This document shows, piece by piece, positions 28,742 to 38,707 of a stretch of DNA of 64,000 bases. Position 1 is the first letter of the stretch, and the number at the start of each line of letters is the position of its first letter. The stretch is from assembly GCA_944358865.1 (NCBI GenBank), contig CALVRV010000003.1, forward strand, positions 18,843 to 82,842. Direction: 5' to 3'. The position numbers and the translations under genes are program-made. A model generated the notes under the pieces. It saw only the letters and a program-made list of their open reading frames with translations, ran no database searches and had not been told where the DNA came from. This DNA comes from an uncultured Bacilli bacterium. Its GTDB lineage: Bacteria > Bacillota_I > Bacilli_A > RFN20 > CAG-826.

Positions 28742-30637
28742 ATGAAGAATTCAAAACATTTTTTAAAAACACTATTAATATTACCTTTTTTATTATTAAG
28801 TGGTTGTTCATTAATTAAAGATATTAATAGCAGCACTAGTAGCACTACAAGTATGGATTTTTCAATTACAATTAATAATGGTGAAGAAGTTGATTTAATT
28901 ATTGGTGAAACTTTACAATTAGACATTAATTATCAACCTATCGAAAGTTATGAATTAATGTTTACTTCTTCTGATGAAAATGTTGCTAGTGTTTCTGATC
29001 AAGGATTAATAACTGCTAATAATGTTGGCCAAGCAACCATAACCGTAACATATAATAACAATAGCGATTCTATTATTGTTAATGTATTAGAAGATGAATC
29101 GTTTATTAAAATAACTAATAATGAAAATCCATTAAATGTAACACTTTTTGATAGTGCAATTATTTCATATATCACTAGCGATGATATTGAAAATGTTAAC
29201 GCCATATCAAGTAATGAATCAATTGTAAGTATTGTTTCTATTTATGATGATTTTGTCGAAATATCCGCTGAAAATGTTGGAAGTGCAATTATTACTATTT
29301 ATGCTGATGCATTTATTTTTGATGAAATAACTATAAATGTTTATCAAAATAATGACGGATATATAGAAATTTCTTTAGATCAATCTTCAATTATGGTTAA
29401 TGAAAACATTCTTATAAATGTTGATATTGATCCTATTGAATATCAAAATAACATTGTTTTTAATATTTTAAAAGGTAATGATTTAATAACATTAGAAGGA
29501 AATAGGATTACCGCTAATAAATCTGGAGAAGTTCAAATACAAGCTTCGTGTCATGATTTAGTGAGCAACATTTTAACATTGACAATATATGATTTTAAAA
29601 TCGAATTGACTAATTCTGTCATTGAATTAAACGACCATGAAAGATTAAGAATAATTAATTATGATGGTAGTAGAAACAACCTTCATGGTGAAGCTTTAGA
29701 TAATAGTATCATTTCTTTTGGACTTTCTCCAGTTGGTGATATTTTTGTTAATGGAGATAATGTTGGTAAAACATCATTTTACTTATATGATGATAATGGT
29801 TTATTTAGCAATACAATTGATGTTGAAGTTATAAGTGGTGATCCTTATGCTGGGATAAGTATGGAAGAATTTTATTCTTCTTATACTAGATCTGATTCAT
29901 ATATTGATTCTAAATATCGCACTCAACATAATTTCATGTCAGGAGATATCGTTACACCTGATGATGTACCTACTGTAGCAAGCAATCAACCAACTAGTAA
30001 TGGTTTATTAATTCATAATAGTGATAAAAATTATTCTAGTGACGGAAATACTTATACAGTTGAAGATAAAAATGGCAATAAAGCTTTTGATATTTATTAT
30101 GGTGGTGCTTATATTACCTTAGAAGAAGTAGCAGCATATATTTACGCTTTTGGAGATATACCTGTTAATTATATTGAAGATAATGAAGGCTACCCATCAT
30201 CATCACCATGGGGTGAATATCTAAGATTAAATCATAGTCAATTTTATGGTTGGTCTGACTCTTATGAGCCTGAATTACCAAATATCACTGGATGTGGTGG
30301 CAATTTAGTTTATTACGAACTTGATATTGGCACAACTGGCACTGATACTGGTCCACAATTTCCTAATCGTATTTATAATGATGGTTATAGAATTACTAGA
30401 GGTGCGGCTAGAATTGTCTATTCTAAATATTATCGTGGCAGTGGCCTTACTGTTAACGATGAAGATAGATATGTATTTTATACTTATAATCATTACAATG
30501 ATTTCCAAGAATATCTAAATTATAAAAATGGTTGGGGTTATATTTTTGGTAATATTACTGCTGGTAATGATCAAGATGAATATAATCGCAATAATCCACC
30601 TACACCATATATAGAAGTTGTTAGACAAGAATTATAA
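28742..30637 (+). CDS. surface lipoprotein with Big_2-type Ig repeats and a C-terminal barnase/binase-like (microbial RNase N1/T1 superfamily) domain
   Basis: Lipobox LLLSGC. The pattern NVASVSDQGLITANNVGQATITVTY recurs and is Big_2-like. The C-terminus aligns with barnase as I remember it: LEEVAAYIYAFGDIPVNYI, YYELDIG, GYRITRGAARIVYS and YTYNHYNDFQEY. Confidence 0.65.
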   Translation: MKNSKHFLKTLLILPFLLLSGCSLIKDINSSTSSTTSMDFSITINNGEEVDLIIGETLQLDINYQPIESYELMFTSSDENVASVSDQGLITANNVGQATITVTYNNNSDSIIVNVLEDESFIKITNNENPLNVTLFDSAIISYITSDDIENVNAISSNESIVSIVSIYDDFVEISAENVGSAIITIYADAFIFDEITINVYQNNDGYIEISLDQSSIMVNENILINVDIDPIEYQNNIVFNILKGNDLITLEGNRITANKSGEVQIQASCHDLVSNILTLTIYDFKIELTNSVIELNDHERLRIINYDGSRNNLHGEALDNSIISFGLSPVGDIFVNGDNVGKTSFYLYDDNGLFSNTIDVEVISGDPYAGISMEEFYSSYTRSDSYIDSKYRTQHNFMSGDIVTPDDVPTVASNQPTSNGLLIHNSDKNYSSDGNTYTVEDKNGNKAFDIYYGGAYITLEEVAAYIYAFGDIPVNYIEDNEGYPSSSPWGEYLRLNHSQFYGWSDSYEPELPNITGCGGNLVYYELDIGTTGTDTGPQFPNRIYNDGYRITRGAARIVYSKYYRGSGLTVNDEDRYVFYTYNHYNDFQEYLNYKNGWGYIFGNITAGNDQDEYNRNNPPTPYIEVVRQEL

Positions 30638-30931
30638 AAGTGTTGATTATTTCCTATTCAAATAAAAATTTATTTAATCTTTGACTTATTTTGTTTTTGA
30701 TTTATTATCAGAGAAAAATATTGAGTTTTTACCTGGTTTTTTATTTAATTTGCAACAAAAATAAGTCAATTTCACTTCTATAAATGTATCTTTACTTAAC
30801 ATTTTTATTACCTATTGTCAACTGGAAAAATTTTAAACTCTATTTTAAAAAAATAGTTTGCATAACTATGTAATGTGATTTAAAATTTAAATGCAATTAA
30901 TATGAGTATTAATAATTTCTGGAGATCTTCT

Positions 30932-32974
30932 ATGAGTAAAAAAATGATATTTGGCGCCCTAATGTCTTTATTAGGTGTTGCTAGTTTTGCTACGGCAAGT
31001 TTTTCTTTATCAAATAATGTAAAAGATGTTAAACAACCCGCTGTTAAACTTGCTGAAGAAGTTGATCCAACTTATGACGCTTCAGATTTTGCTGATGCTC
31101 AAGAATTGACAACCAGAGATTTAAAAATTTCCATTACTAAATCCGCTGTTACTAGTAAGACTCAATCATACGACGTTAATTTTTCTAGCCAAGTTGAAAC
31201 TTGGACAAATCGTCATAGATTAATTTGGGTCATAATTAATGATGATAATTTTACATCTGCAAACGATTACCCTGCATTAGAAGGTGAAGAAGAAAAAAAT
31301 ATGCCTCATTTTACTGGAGCGGTATATGGTATAGATGACTCTGATGATGGCGATATATACATTCCTCGCTATATGAGTTATACGACAAGATTTACAATCG
31401 ATGTTTCTTCAATAAATGGTGGTGTATTATCAGACGATGCTCTAGAAACGACTAAAAATATCTATATTCATAGTGAAATAGATACAATTGGCGAAGATGC
31501 TTTTTCTAATTTTGCTGATTCTAGTCAAGTTCACATTTATTGCGAAGCAAGTGAAAGACCTGATGGCTGGTCTGAAAATTGGACTGATGTACCTGAAGAA
31601 AATATTACCTGGGGATATGAATTTACCGACAAAATTTATACTGATATCGATCGTAATGTCAGTGGAACATCTCAGCCTTATGGTACTGGAAAAAACTTTT
31701 TCTTAGGTTTTAAAGATGAAACAAAAGGTATTAATTTACCTCTTGTCATTAAATATGATTCTAAAAATACAAGCACTGGTGAAATTACAACTAATTATGA
31801 AGAACTTCCAATAGTCCCTGTCAACGCTTCTTTAGCGGGTACCTCTCGTTATGAAGGTGTTGGAAGTAATGTTGCTATGACATCATATTCTAAAAATATT
31901 GATATTGAATTAGAACCAAACGAAGAGATATTAGATGACACTATATCCTTTTATAATATATATCCTGTTGAAATAGTGACTAGCGAGACTAGTTCGGTTC
32001 CAGTTTTTGTTCCTAAAGAAGACGAACCTTACTGGGGCGATTGTTCTATTAACTATGTAAAAAAAGAAAATATTAATGAATATATCACTTATGATTTTGA
32101 ATTAAGCTCATCTTTTAGTGGATATACCTCTTTACAATTACGTGTTAATAAAGTTAATGGAATTTATGAACAAGTAAAAGGTGACTTATACGAAACAAAT
32201 TATAATGATATTGCTAGCGGAAGAGTTACGATTAGATATCGTTTTACTGCTTTAAATAATGCTCAATATAGAATTATTTATGAAGATAATGGTGAATTGG
32301 TAGAAAGTATTGTTAATATCAATACTCCTATTCCTAGATTTATCTTAGAATCTCAAACAGATAACAACGTCTCATTTTTAATTGAAAATAGCACTATTGG
32401 TGAAAACTTTGACGCTAGTAAAGTTAAATATCTATCATTATTAGGTTTAAATGTTACTTTAGATTTGTTTACTGAATCTGGAACAATCTTAGTTAAATCA
32501 TCAACAACTACAAGATTTGGCGAAATACCTTTATTTGATACGATAACTGCTGATGGTGTTTTAAATTATTATGATGGAGATGCGGTTTTGATTTGGACGT
32601 CCATTGCATTTGTTTGTGTTTATGTTATCGGGGCAATTATTTTATATTTCTACTTAAGAAATAAATTCAAAAACGATGAATTTAGAAGAATGAAACCTAA
32701 AAAATATCTAAAAAGTGCAATTATTTTAGGTTGTGGATTATTAACAGCGATATTAGCTATTATATTTATCTTCTTTAGAAGTGTTCCATTTAACAACGCT
32801 ATTGTTGTGTTTAATCCATTAGATATATACGTAATCATCTTTACAATTGTCTCTGTTTTCTTTGCTGGATATTATATTCGTTTACTAGTCCATACAGTTA
32901 AAACCAGCAAAGAAAGAAAACGTATTTTAAAATTAAAATTGGATGAAACGTCAGATGATGACGGTACTAAATAA
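30932..32974 (+). CDS. large membrane-anchored surface protein, unknown function (one BspA-type LRR-like unit; C-terminal multi-TM anchor)
   Basis: GGAG precedes the ATG at 30932. N-terminal signal [61 protein letters not shown] is LRR_5-like. Three or four hydrophobic helices lie in the last ~130 aa. Confidence 0.5.
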   Translation: MSKKMIFGALMSLLGVASFATASFSLSNNVKDVKQPAVKLAEEVDPTYDASDFADAQELTTRDLKISITKSAVTSKTQSYDVNFSSQVETWTNRHRLIWVIINDDNFTSANDYPALEGEEEKNMPHFTGAVYGIDDSDDGDIYIPRYMSYTTRFTIDVSSINGGVLSDDALETTKNIYIHSEIDTIGEDAFSNFADSSQVHIYCEASERPDGWSENWTDVPEENITWGYEFTDKIYTDIDRNVSGTSQPYGTGKNFFLGFKDETKGINLPLVIKYDSKNTSTGEITTNYEELPIVPVNASLAGTSRYEGVGSNVAMTSYSKNIDIELEPNEEILDDTISFYNIYPVEIVTSETSSVPVFVPKEDEPYWGDCSINYVKKENINEYITYDFELSSSFSGYTSLQLRVNKVNGIYEQVKGDLYETNYNDIASGRVTIRYRFTALNNAQYRIIYEDNGELVESIVNINTPIPRFILESQTDNNVSFLIENSTIGENFDASKVKYLSLLGLNVTLDLFTESGTILVKSSTTTRFGEIPLFDTITADGVLNYYDGDAVLIWTSIAFVCVYVIGAIILYFYLRNKFKNDEFRRMKPKKYLKSAIILGCGLLTAILAIIFIFFRSVPFNNAIVVFNPLDIYVIIFTIVSVFFAGYYIRLLVHTVKTSKERKRILKLKLDETSDDDGTK

Positions 32975-32991
32975 ATATTAAGGAGAAAATT

Positions 32992-34917
32992 ATGGAAATT
33001 AGAATTAAAGATTTGACTAAAATCTTCCCAGGTGATCCAAAGAAAAATATCCGCGATACTATTGCTGTTAAAGATTTGGATTTTGTTGTTCCTGATGGTC
33101 AATTAGTTGGTCTACTTGGTCCTAGTGGATGTGGTAAATCTACTACACTTTATATGATTAGTGGTTTACAAAATCCTACCAGTGGTGAAGTTTGGTTTGG
33201 TGATCAAGAGGTTACTAATCTTTCTCCTGAAAAAAGAGGTATTGGTTTAGTTTTCCAAAACTATGCTTTATATCCTCATATGACTATTTATAAAAATATT
33301 GAGTTTCCTTTGACTAACCTAAAAGTTGAGGTTCCTTTAGTGGAATTCTATAGTTATAAATATGTTAGTGAATACGATCTTAAAAAAGATGATAAATCAT
33401 ATTTTATTATGAGATCTATTCGCTCTTTAATGATGAAAGCTGGTTTAGGACCTTTACAATATCGTATTAAATTAAATAAAAACAAAGAAAATAATCACTT
33501 AACCATTAATATCGAATTAAATAAAGTTAACAAAGACGCAAATGAGATGGTTAAAGCACAATTCCCAGAAATATTAAAAACTGAATTAACTCTAGTTGAA
33601 GAAAAACAAGTTAGTCAACCATTATATGATTCTTCATTTAGAGCGACAGTTAAAAATATTAGCGATAAAGCATGCATTTCATTAACATTTAAAGGTAATT
33701 TAACTAAAAAATTTGATGTCAGCACGATTGATGATACGATAAATGCTGCTAAAAATGTTATTAAAAATAATAAATTTGGTCGTATTGAAGGTGTTTTAAT
33801 TACACGTACTCAAAGTGGTGGCTATGAATTAATGGCTATGTTAAATAATCTTTATTTCTCTCGTTTAGATGAATGTGTTAAAGCATTAAGTGAAATTTAT
33901 GATTTTGCTGGTGTTAATACATTTGTTACTGATATGCGTGATAAAGAATTAGAAAAAACTATTAAAAATGATTTAAAATTAGAAAAAATTACTTATTCAG
34001 ATTTTAAATTATATTTTGATAAGAAAAATATTAAAGTCTATTTTAAATTGGTAAAAGCTAGCCAAGAAGACGCTAAACGTGTTTTAGAAGGTCTAGCGGA
34101 AAAATTACATTTTGAAGACCAAGAATTAAATTCTAGTTTAGCTATCTCACATCGTAAATTAACAAAAGAAGAAAGAAGATCAATTGTTATTGCAACCGCA
34201 AAACTTGTTCAAGTTGATGAATATTTGCAAAGAAAACCTTCTCAATTATCTGGTGGTCAGCAACAACGTGTCGCTATTGCTAGAGCCTTAGTTAAAAAGC
34301 CAAAAGTCTTATTATTAGACGAACCATTATCTAACTTAGATGCACGTTTAAGACTTCAAACTAGAGAAGAAATTAGAAGAATTCAAAAAGAAACAGGAAT
34401 TACAACTGTATTTGTTACTCATGACCAAGAAGAAGCGATGTCTATTTCTGATAAAATAGTTGTTATGAAACTTGGTGAAATGCAACAAATTGATGCACCT
34501 CAAGAAGTTTATAATTCACCTGCTAATTTATTTGTCGCACAATTCCTTGGTACTCCTCCAATCAATGTCTTTAAAGGAAAAATTAAAGATAATAAAGTAT
34601 ACATTGGGGAAGATGTTATTTATTCTTTAGAAGAAAAATCAAAAGATCGCAATGTTTATGTTGCAATTAGACCTGAAGGATTCTCTATGGCAACTAAAAA
34701 AGACAAAGAAGTATTAACTGCTAAATTAAGCATGATACAAGTTTTAGGTAGAGATATTTCTATTGTTGCAACAAATCCAAATTGCACTAAAGAAAGCTTT
34801 AAAGTAATTATTTCTAGCGAAGATAGAAGCGATGATGAAGATTTAACATTCAAAGTTAAACCTAATAAGATGTTCTTATTTGACGGTGAATCTGAAGAAA
34901 GAATTTATATTAAATAA
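32992..34917 (+). CDS. ABC transporter ATP-binding protein, UgpC/MalK type, with an insertion of about 275 aa in the helical subdomain
   Basis: Walker [10 protein letters not shown] and Q-loop [40 protein letters not shown] and VTHDQEEAM then appear only after an intervening segment of about 275 aa. The C-terminal regulatory domain is MalK-like. Confidence 0.85.
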   Translation: MEIRIKDLTKIFPGDPKKNIRDTIAVKDLDFVVPDGQLVGLLGPSGCGKSTTLYMISGLQNPTSGEVWFGDQEVTNLSPEKRGIGLVFQNYALYPHMTIYKNIEFPLTNLKVEVPLVEFYSYKYVSEYDLKKDDKSYFIMRSIRSLMMKAGLGPLQYRIKLNKNKENNHLTINIELNKVNKDANEMVKAQFPEILKTELTLVEEKQVSQPLYDSSFRATVKNISDKACISLTFKGNLTKKFDVSTIDDTINAAKNVIKNNKFGRIEGVLITRTQSGGYELMAMLNNLYFSRLDECVKALSEIYDFAGVNTFVTDMRDKELEKTIKNDLKLEKITYSDFKLYFDKKNIKVYFKLVKASQEDAKRVLEGLAEKLHFEDQELNSSLAISHRKLTKEERRSIVIATAKLVQVDEYLQRKPSQLSGGQQQRVAIARALVKKPKVLLLDEPLSNLDARLRLQTREEIRRIQKETGITTVFVTHDQEEAMSISDKIVVMKLGEMQQIDAPQEVYNSPANLFVAQFLGTPPINVFKGKIKDNKVYIGEDVIYSLEEKSKDRNVYVAIRPEGFSMATKKDKEVLTAKLSMIQVLGRDISIVATNPNCTKESFKVIISSEDRSDDEDLTFKVKPNKMFLFDGESEERIYIK

Positions 34918-34931
34918 ATTTGGTGAAAGTT

Positions 34932-36002
34932 ATGTTTAATTTTAAGAAAAAACAACAACTAGAAAGCGTAGAAGTAAGTGGTCAAGTTGCAGCTTTACCA
35001 CCAGAATCTATGTATGATGAAAAAGATAACGTCGTTGTTAGACTAGTTTCACATCGCAAAAATAAAAAACCTTATCAAATTACTGGTATTGAAGACGTTT
35101 CTGCAAAAAATAACTGGAAAGCATGGCTATATTTAGGACCTGTTATCGTTTTAATTGCCGTTTTCCTTATTTATCCTTTGATCAATACCATTTTCATTGC
35201 TTTTACAGAAAATTATCAATATGCATCAGGAACATTTGATGGTTTTACAATTAATAATTTTGGTGTTATTTTGGGCTTAACACCTACATCAACTGGAGCA
35301 TTTGAATCTAATTTTACTAGATACGCTATTCCAAATACCTTTATTATTGTTTTCGTTACTGTTCCTTGTTCTACCGCTTTAGCGCTTATTATTTCTGTTG
35401 CTCTAAATTCTATTAAGTGGTTCCAAAAAGTTTTACAAACAATATTCTTTTTACCATATGTCACTAACGCTATTGCTATTGGTATGGTGTTTAGTGTTAT
35501 TTTTGATAAAAATGGTATTATTAACTACTTATTTAATTCTGATATTACTTGGATTTATGGTGCTGATCCTAAAATAGCTATGATTCCACTTTGTATTTAT
35601 ATTGTTTGGTCTTCTATACCATTTAAGATTTTAGTTTTCTTAAGTGGCTTACAAGGCATTGACAAGCAATATTATCAAGCTGCACAAATTGATTCATGTA
35701 GTAAGGCTAAAACATTATGGAAAATTACTGTTCCATTATTATCACCACAAATACTTTATATTTTAGTTACATCATTTATTGGTGCATTTAAAGAATATAC
35801 TTCTGTTGTTGGTTTATTTGATGGACCTGGTACAATGGGCACAAATGGTGATCCAAATATGGAAACAATCGTTTTCTATATTTATGAAAGATTATCGCAG
35901 CAAACATCTCTTGCCGCTGCTGCAGCTGTATTCTTATTTGTCATTATCTTATTATTTACTTTACTACAATTTATTGTCTCTAAATCGAGAGTGCATTATT
36001 AG
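34932..36002 (+). CDS. ABC transporter permease (UgpA/MalF-like)
   Basis: Six-TM protein with an EAA-like loop: QAAQIDSCSKAKTLWKITVPLLSP. GGTGA precedes the ATG at 34932. The track start at 34920 is a TTG. Confidence 0.85.
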   Translation: MFNFKKKQQLESVEVSGQVAALPPESMYDEKDNVVVRLVSHRKNKKPYQITGIEDVSAKNNWKAWLYLGPVIVLIAVFLIYPLINTIFIAFTENYQYASGTFDGFTINNFGVILGLTPTSTGAFESNFTRYAIPNTFIIVFVTVPCSTALALIISVALNSIKWFQKVLQTIFFLPYVTNAIAIGMVFSVIFDKNGIINYLFNSDITWIYGADPKIAMIPLCIYIVWSSIPFKILVFLSGLQGIDKQYYQAAQIDSCSKAKTLWKITVPLLSPQILYILVTSFIGAFKEYTSVVGLFDGPGTMGTNGDPNMETIVFYIYERLSQQTSLAAAAAVFLFVIILLFTLLQFIVSKSRVHY

Positions 36003-36019
36003 GGAAGGAGGGTTTTGTT

Positions 36020-37021
36020 ATGTTAGAAAATGTTAAAAAATTATTTAAAGTCAAATCAAAAGAAATAGAAAATCCTTATCCTGAATTTAAGCTTGAAACT
36101 GATAATATTGTTTTATCAATTGAAGAGGCTGGACGCACTGTCGATTCTATTAAAAGACAGGAAATGGTTACAAAAATTATTTCAACAATATTTGTCTATA
36201 TATTTATTGTTGCTTTGGCTTTAGCATTTGTTTTCCCGTTTTATTGGATGGTTATTACATCTTTAAAACAAAGAACTGAAATTATTGCGACCGAACAAAC
36301 GTTTTTCCCAACAATTGTCATGTGGTCAAACTATGTTTATGTTTTCCAAGTATTTGATTTTGGAACATTTATGTTTAACACAATTGTTGTTGCGATATTC
36401 TCCACAATCGGAACGTTATTAACAACTATTTTTGCCGCTTTTGCATTCGCAAGATTAAAGTTCAAAGGTCGCGAATCATTATTTATGGTCTTTTTAATGA
36501 CTATGATGATTCCTGGCGAAATGATGGTTATTTCTAACTACGTCACGGTTGCTTCGTTTGGATGGGTTGGTGAAGGCCAAACATTAATTGAAGCTTATCT
36601 TTGTATGATTGTTCCATTTTGGATCAGTGTATTCTACATTTATTTGTTAAGACAAAACTTCAAACAAATACCTAATGAACTATATCTTGCTGCTAAAGTA
36701 GATGGAAAATCTGATTGGTCATTCCTTTGGAGAGTTATGGTTCCATTAGCAATGCCTACATTAATTTCTATTACCATTTTAAAATTTATGGGGACTTGGA
36801 ATTCTTATGTGTGGCCAAACTTAGTTACACAGGAAGATTCATTTAAACTCATAAGTAATGGTTTAAGAGATTCAACCTTCGTTGACGCTGATAGTGGCCA
36901 AACTGAATATGGTTATCAAACTGCAGCGACAATGTTAGTTACTGTTCCATTATTCTTATTATTCATCTTCTTTAGAAAATACATCATGCGTGGTGTAGGA
37001 AGAGCGGGTATTAAAGGATAA
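36020..37021 (+). CDS. ABC transporter permease (UgpE/MalG-like)
   Basis: EAA loop LAAKVDGKSDWSFLWRVMVPLAMP. Strong RBS GGAAGGAGGG. Confidence 0.85.
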   Translation: MLENVKKLFKVKSKEIENPYPEFKLETDNIVLSIEEAGRTVDSIKRQEMVTKIISTIFVYIFIVALALAFVFPFYWMVITSLKQRTEIIATEQTFFPTIVMWSNYVYVFQVFDFGTFMFNTIVVAIFSTIGTLLTTIFAAFAFARLKFKGRESLFMVFLMTMMIPGEMMVISNYVTVASFGWVGEGQTLIEAYLCMIVPFWISVFYIYLLRQNFKQIPNELYLAAKVDGKSDWSFLWRVMVPLAMPTLISITILKFMGTWNSYVWPNLVTQEDSFKLISNGLRDSTFVDADSGQTEYGYQTAATMLVTVPLFLLFIFFRKYIMRGVGRAGIKG

Positions 37022-37071
37022 TATACTTAGTCTATAATTAAACTAGACATAGAAACCTTAAGGAGGAAATT

Positions 37072-38634
37072 ATGAAAAAAAGTCGTTTATTATTAGCGTT
37101 ACCAGTAGCGATGGCAGTATTATTAAGCGCATGTGCTCCATCTACTACAACTACAACATCTGGAACAAGTGAAGATCCTACTACAACTACTACTAGTGAA
37201 CCAGATCCTACTACAACAGATCCTACCACAACTACTACTGAACCTGGTCCAAGCGGTGATCATTTCATTAACGAAGCTACAACTATCACATTCTGGTCAA
37301 CATTTAATGATTCTTATCAAACAGTTATTCAAAATGTTGCTGCAGCATTTAAAGAAATTGAACCTAATGTTACTGTTAATATCGTAAAACAAAGTGGTTC
37401 ATATGATGACATTGCAGATTTAGTCATTCAAGGTTTTGCTGTTAATAATTATCCTGATATGGTTGTTTCTTATCCAGACCATGTTGCTAATTACATTAAC
37501 TATAACAAAGCTCTTGATGTTGAACCATATATGACAAATTCTAATTATGGTTGGAGCGATGAAGATTTTGATGATATCTTACCTAACTTCTTAGAAGAAG
37601 GTGAATCTTATTCTATTCCTGGTGTCTATTCATTACCATTTGCTAAATCTACTGAAGCAATGTTTTATAATGAAGATGTTTTAGTCGGATTAAATTTAGC
37701 TTCTATTGATCCAACTATTAATAACGGATTACCATTAACTCATGATTATTTAAATAATTTAACCTGGGAAGAACTTTTTAATAAATTATGCCCAGCTATT
37801 TTAAGATACAACACTGAAGTAAAACAAATTTTATTAGAAACCGAAGCTCACCATGCCGTATTTGGTTATGATAGTGATGATAACTTATTCATTACCTTAG
37901 CCCAACAATACGGATACGATTATACAGCTTTAGATCAAAATACCGGTTATGCTGAAGTTTTATTTAATAACGATGGTATGAAAGGATTAATGAAAAAATT
38001 TAATTCTTATTATCATGATGGTTATTTAATTACCAAAGGTACTTCTGAAGGTGGATATACCAACTCCTTCTTTACAAAACGCAATACCTTATTCTCTGTT
38101 GGCTCAACAGGTGGATATAAATATCAAGCTGATGGCGCTGACTTCAATGTTAGTGTTGCTAATATTCCTCATGCTGAAGGAAAAGAAAGATATGTCATTA
38201 ACCAAGGTCCTTCTATTTCTATTTTAAAAAGCACTGCAAGTGATGCTAATAACAGAGCACTTGCAAGCTGGTTATTCTATAAATTCTTAACAAACACTAC
38301 CAATTCTACATATTGGGCAACCGAAACTGGTTATATGCCTGTTAGATATTCTGTTTATGAAACTGAAGCTTTTATGGATTACGCTAACACTGATGGCAAA
38401 CCTCAAATGTCAACCGAATTATTAGGTGCTAAAACTGCTAGATTCTCTCAAGTTGTTTCTTCTTCTGATGAATTATTCTTCTCACCAGTATTTAAGGGAA
38501 GTAGTGAAGCAAGACAACAAGTTGGTTCTATTATGACTCAATCCTTATTACAACCTGAAGCAGATTTCACTGATACATGGTTAAATGGTATTTTTGAAAA
38601 AGCAGTTAACGAAACTTTATTAGCAATGTCTTAA
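37072..38634 (+). CDS. ABC substrate-binding lipoprotein (SBP family 1) with a Thr/Pro-rich stalk
   Basis: Lipobox LLSAC, then STTTTTSGTSEDPTTTTTSEPDPTTTDPTTTTTEPGP, then ITFWSTFNDSYQ..., a typical SBP_bac_1 start. Confidence 0.75.
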   Translation: MKKSRLLLALPVAMAVLLSACAPSTTTTTSGTSEDPTTTTTSEPDPTTTDPTTTTTEPGPSGDHFINEATTITFWSTFNDSYQTVIQNVAAAFKEIEPNVTVNIVKQSGSYDDIADLVIQGFAVNNYPDMVVSYPDHVANYINYNKALDVEPYMTNSNYGWSDEDFDDILPNFLEEGESYSIPGVYSLPFAKSTEAMFYNEDVLVGLNLASIDPTINNGLPLTHDYLNNLTWEELFNKLCPAILRYNTEVKQILLETEAHHAVFGYDSDDNLFITLAQQYGYDYTALDQNTGYAEVLFNNDGMKGLMKKFNSYYHDGYLITKGTSEGGYTNSFFTKRNTLFSVGSTGGYKYQADGADFNVSVANIPHAEGKERYVINQGPSISILKSTASDANNRALASWLFYKFLTNTTNSTYWATETGYMPVRYSVYETEAFMDYANTDGKPQMSTELLGAKTARFSQVVSSSDELFFSPVFKGSSEARQQVGSIMTQSLLQPEADFTDTWLNGIFEKAVNETLLAMS

Positions 38635-38707
38635 TACCTATATTATTTATTAATACCTATTTATAAACTTCATTTTATTTAAAAATTACACCACAAGGAG
38701 GTAATTT

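Noticed and set aside
30638-30931. A search for a barstar-like immunity ORF next to the barnase-like domain.
   Set aside because: The 294-bp region has no ORF of suitable size on either strand and looks like promoter DNA for the next operon. A barstar elsewhere in the genome cannot be excluded.
37038-37229. A minus-strand 63-aa ORF rich in poly-Val (VVVGSGSLVVVVVGSS...). The similar 148-aa minus-strand ORF at 42289-42735 belongs here too.
   Set aside because: Both are the reverse complement of the ACN-rich Thr-stalk codons of well-supported plus-strand lipoprotein genes. They have no RBS and are a composition artefact.
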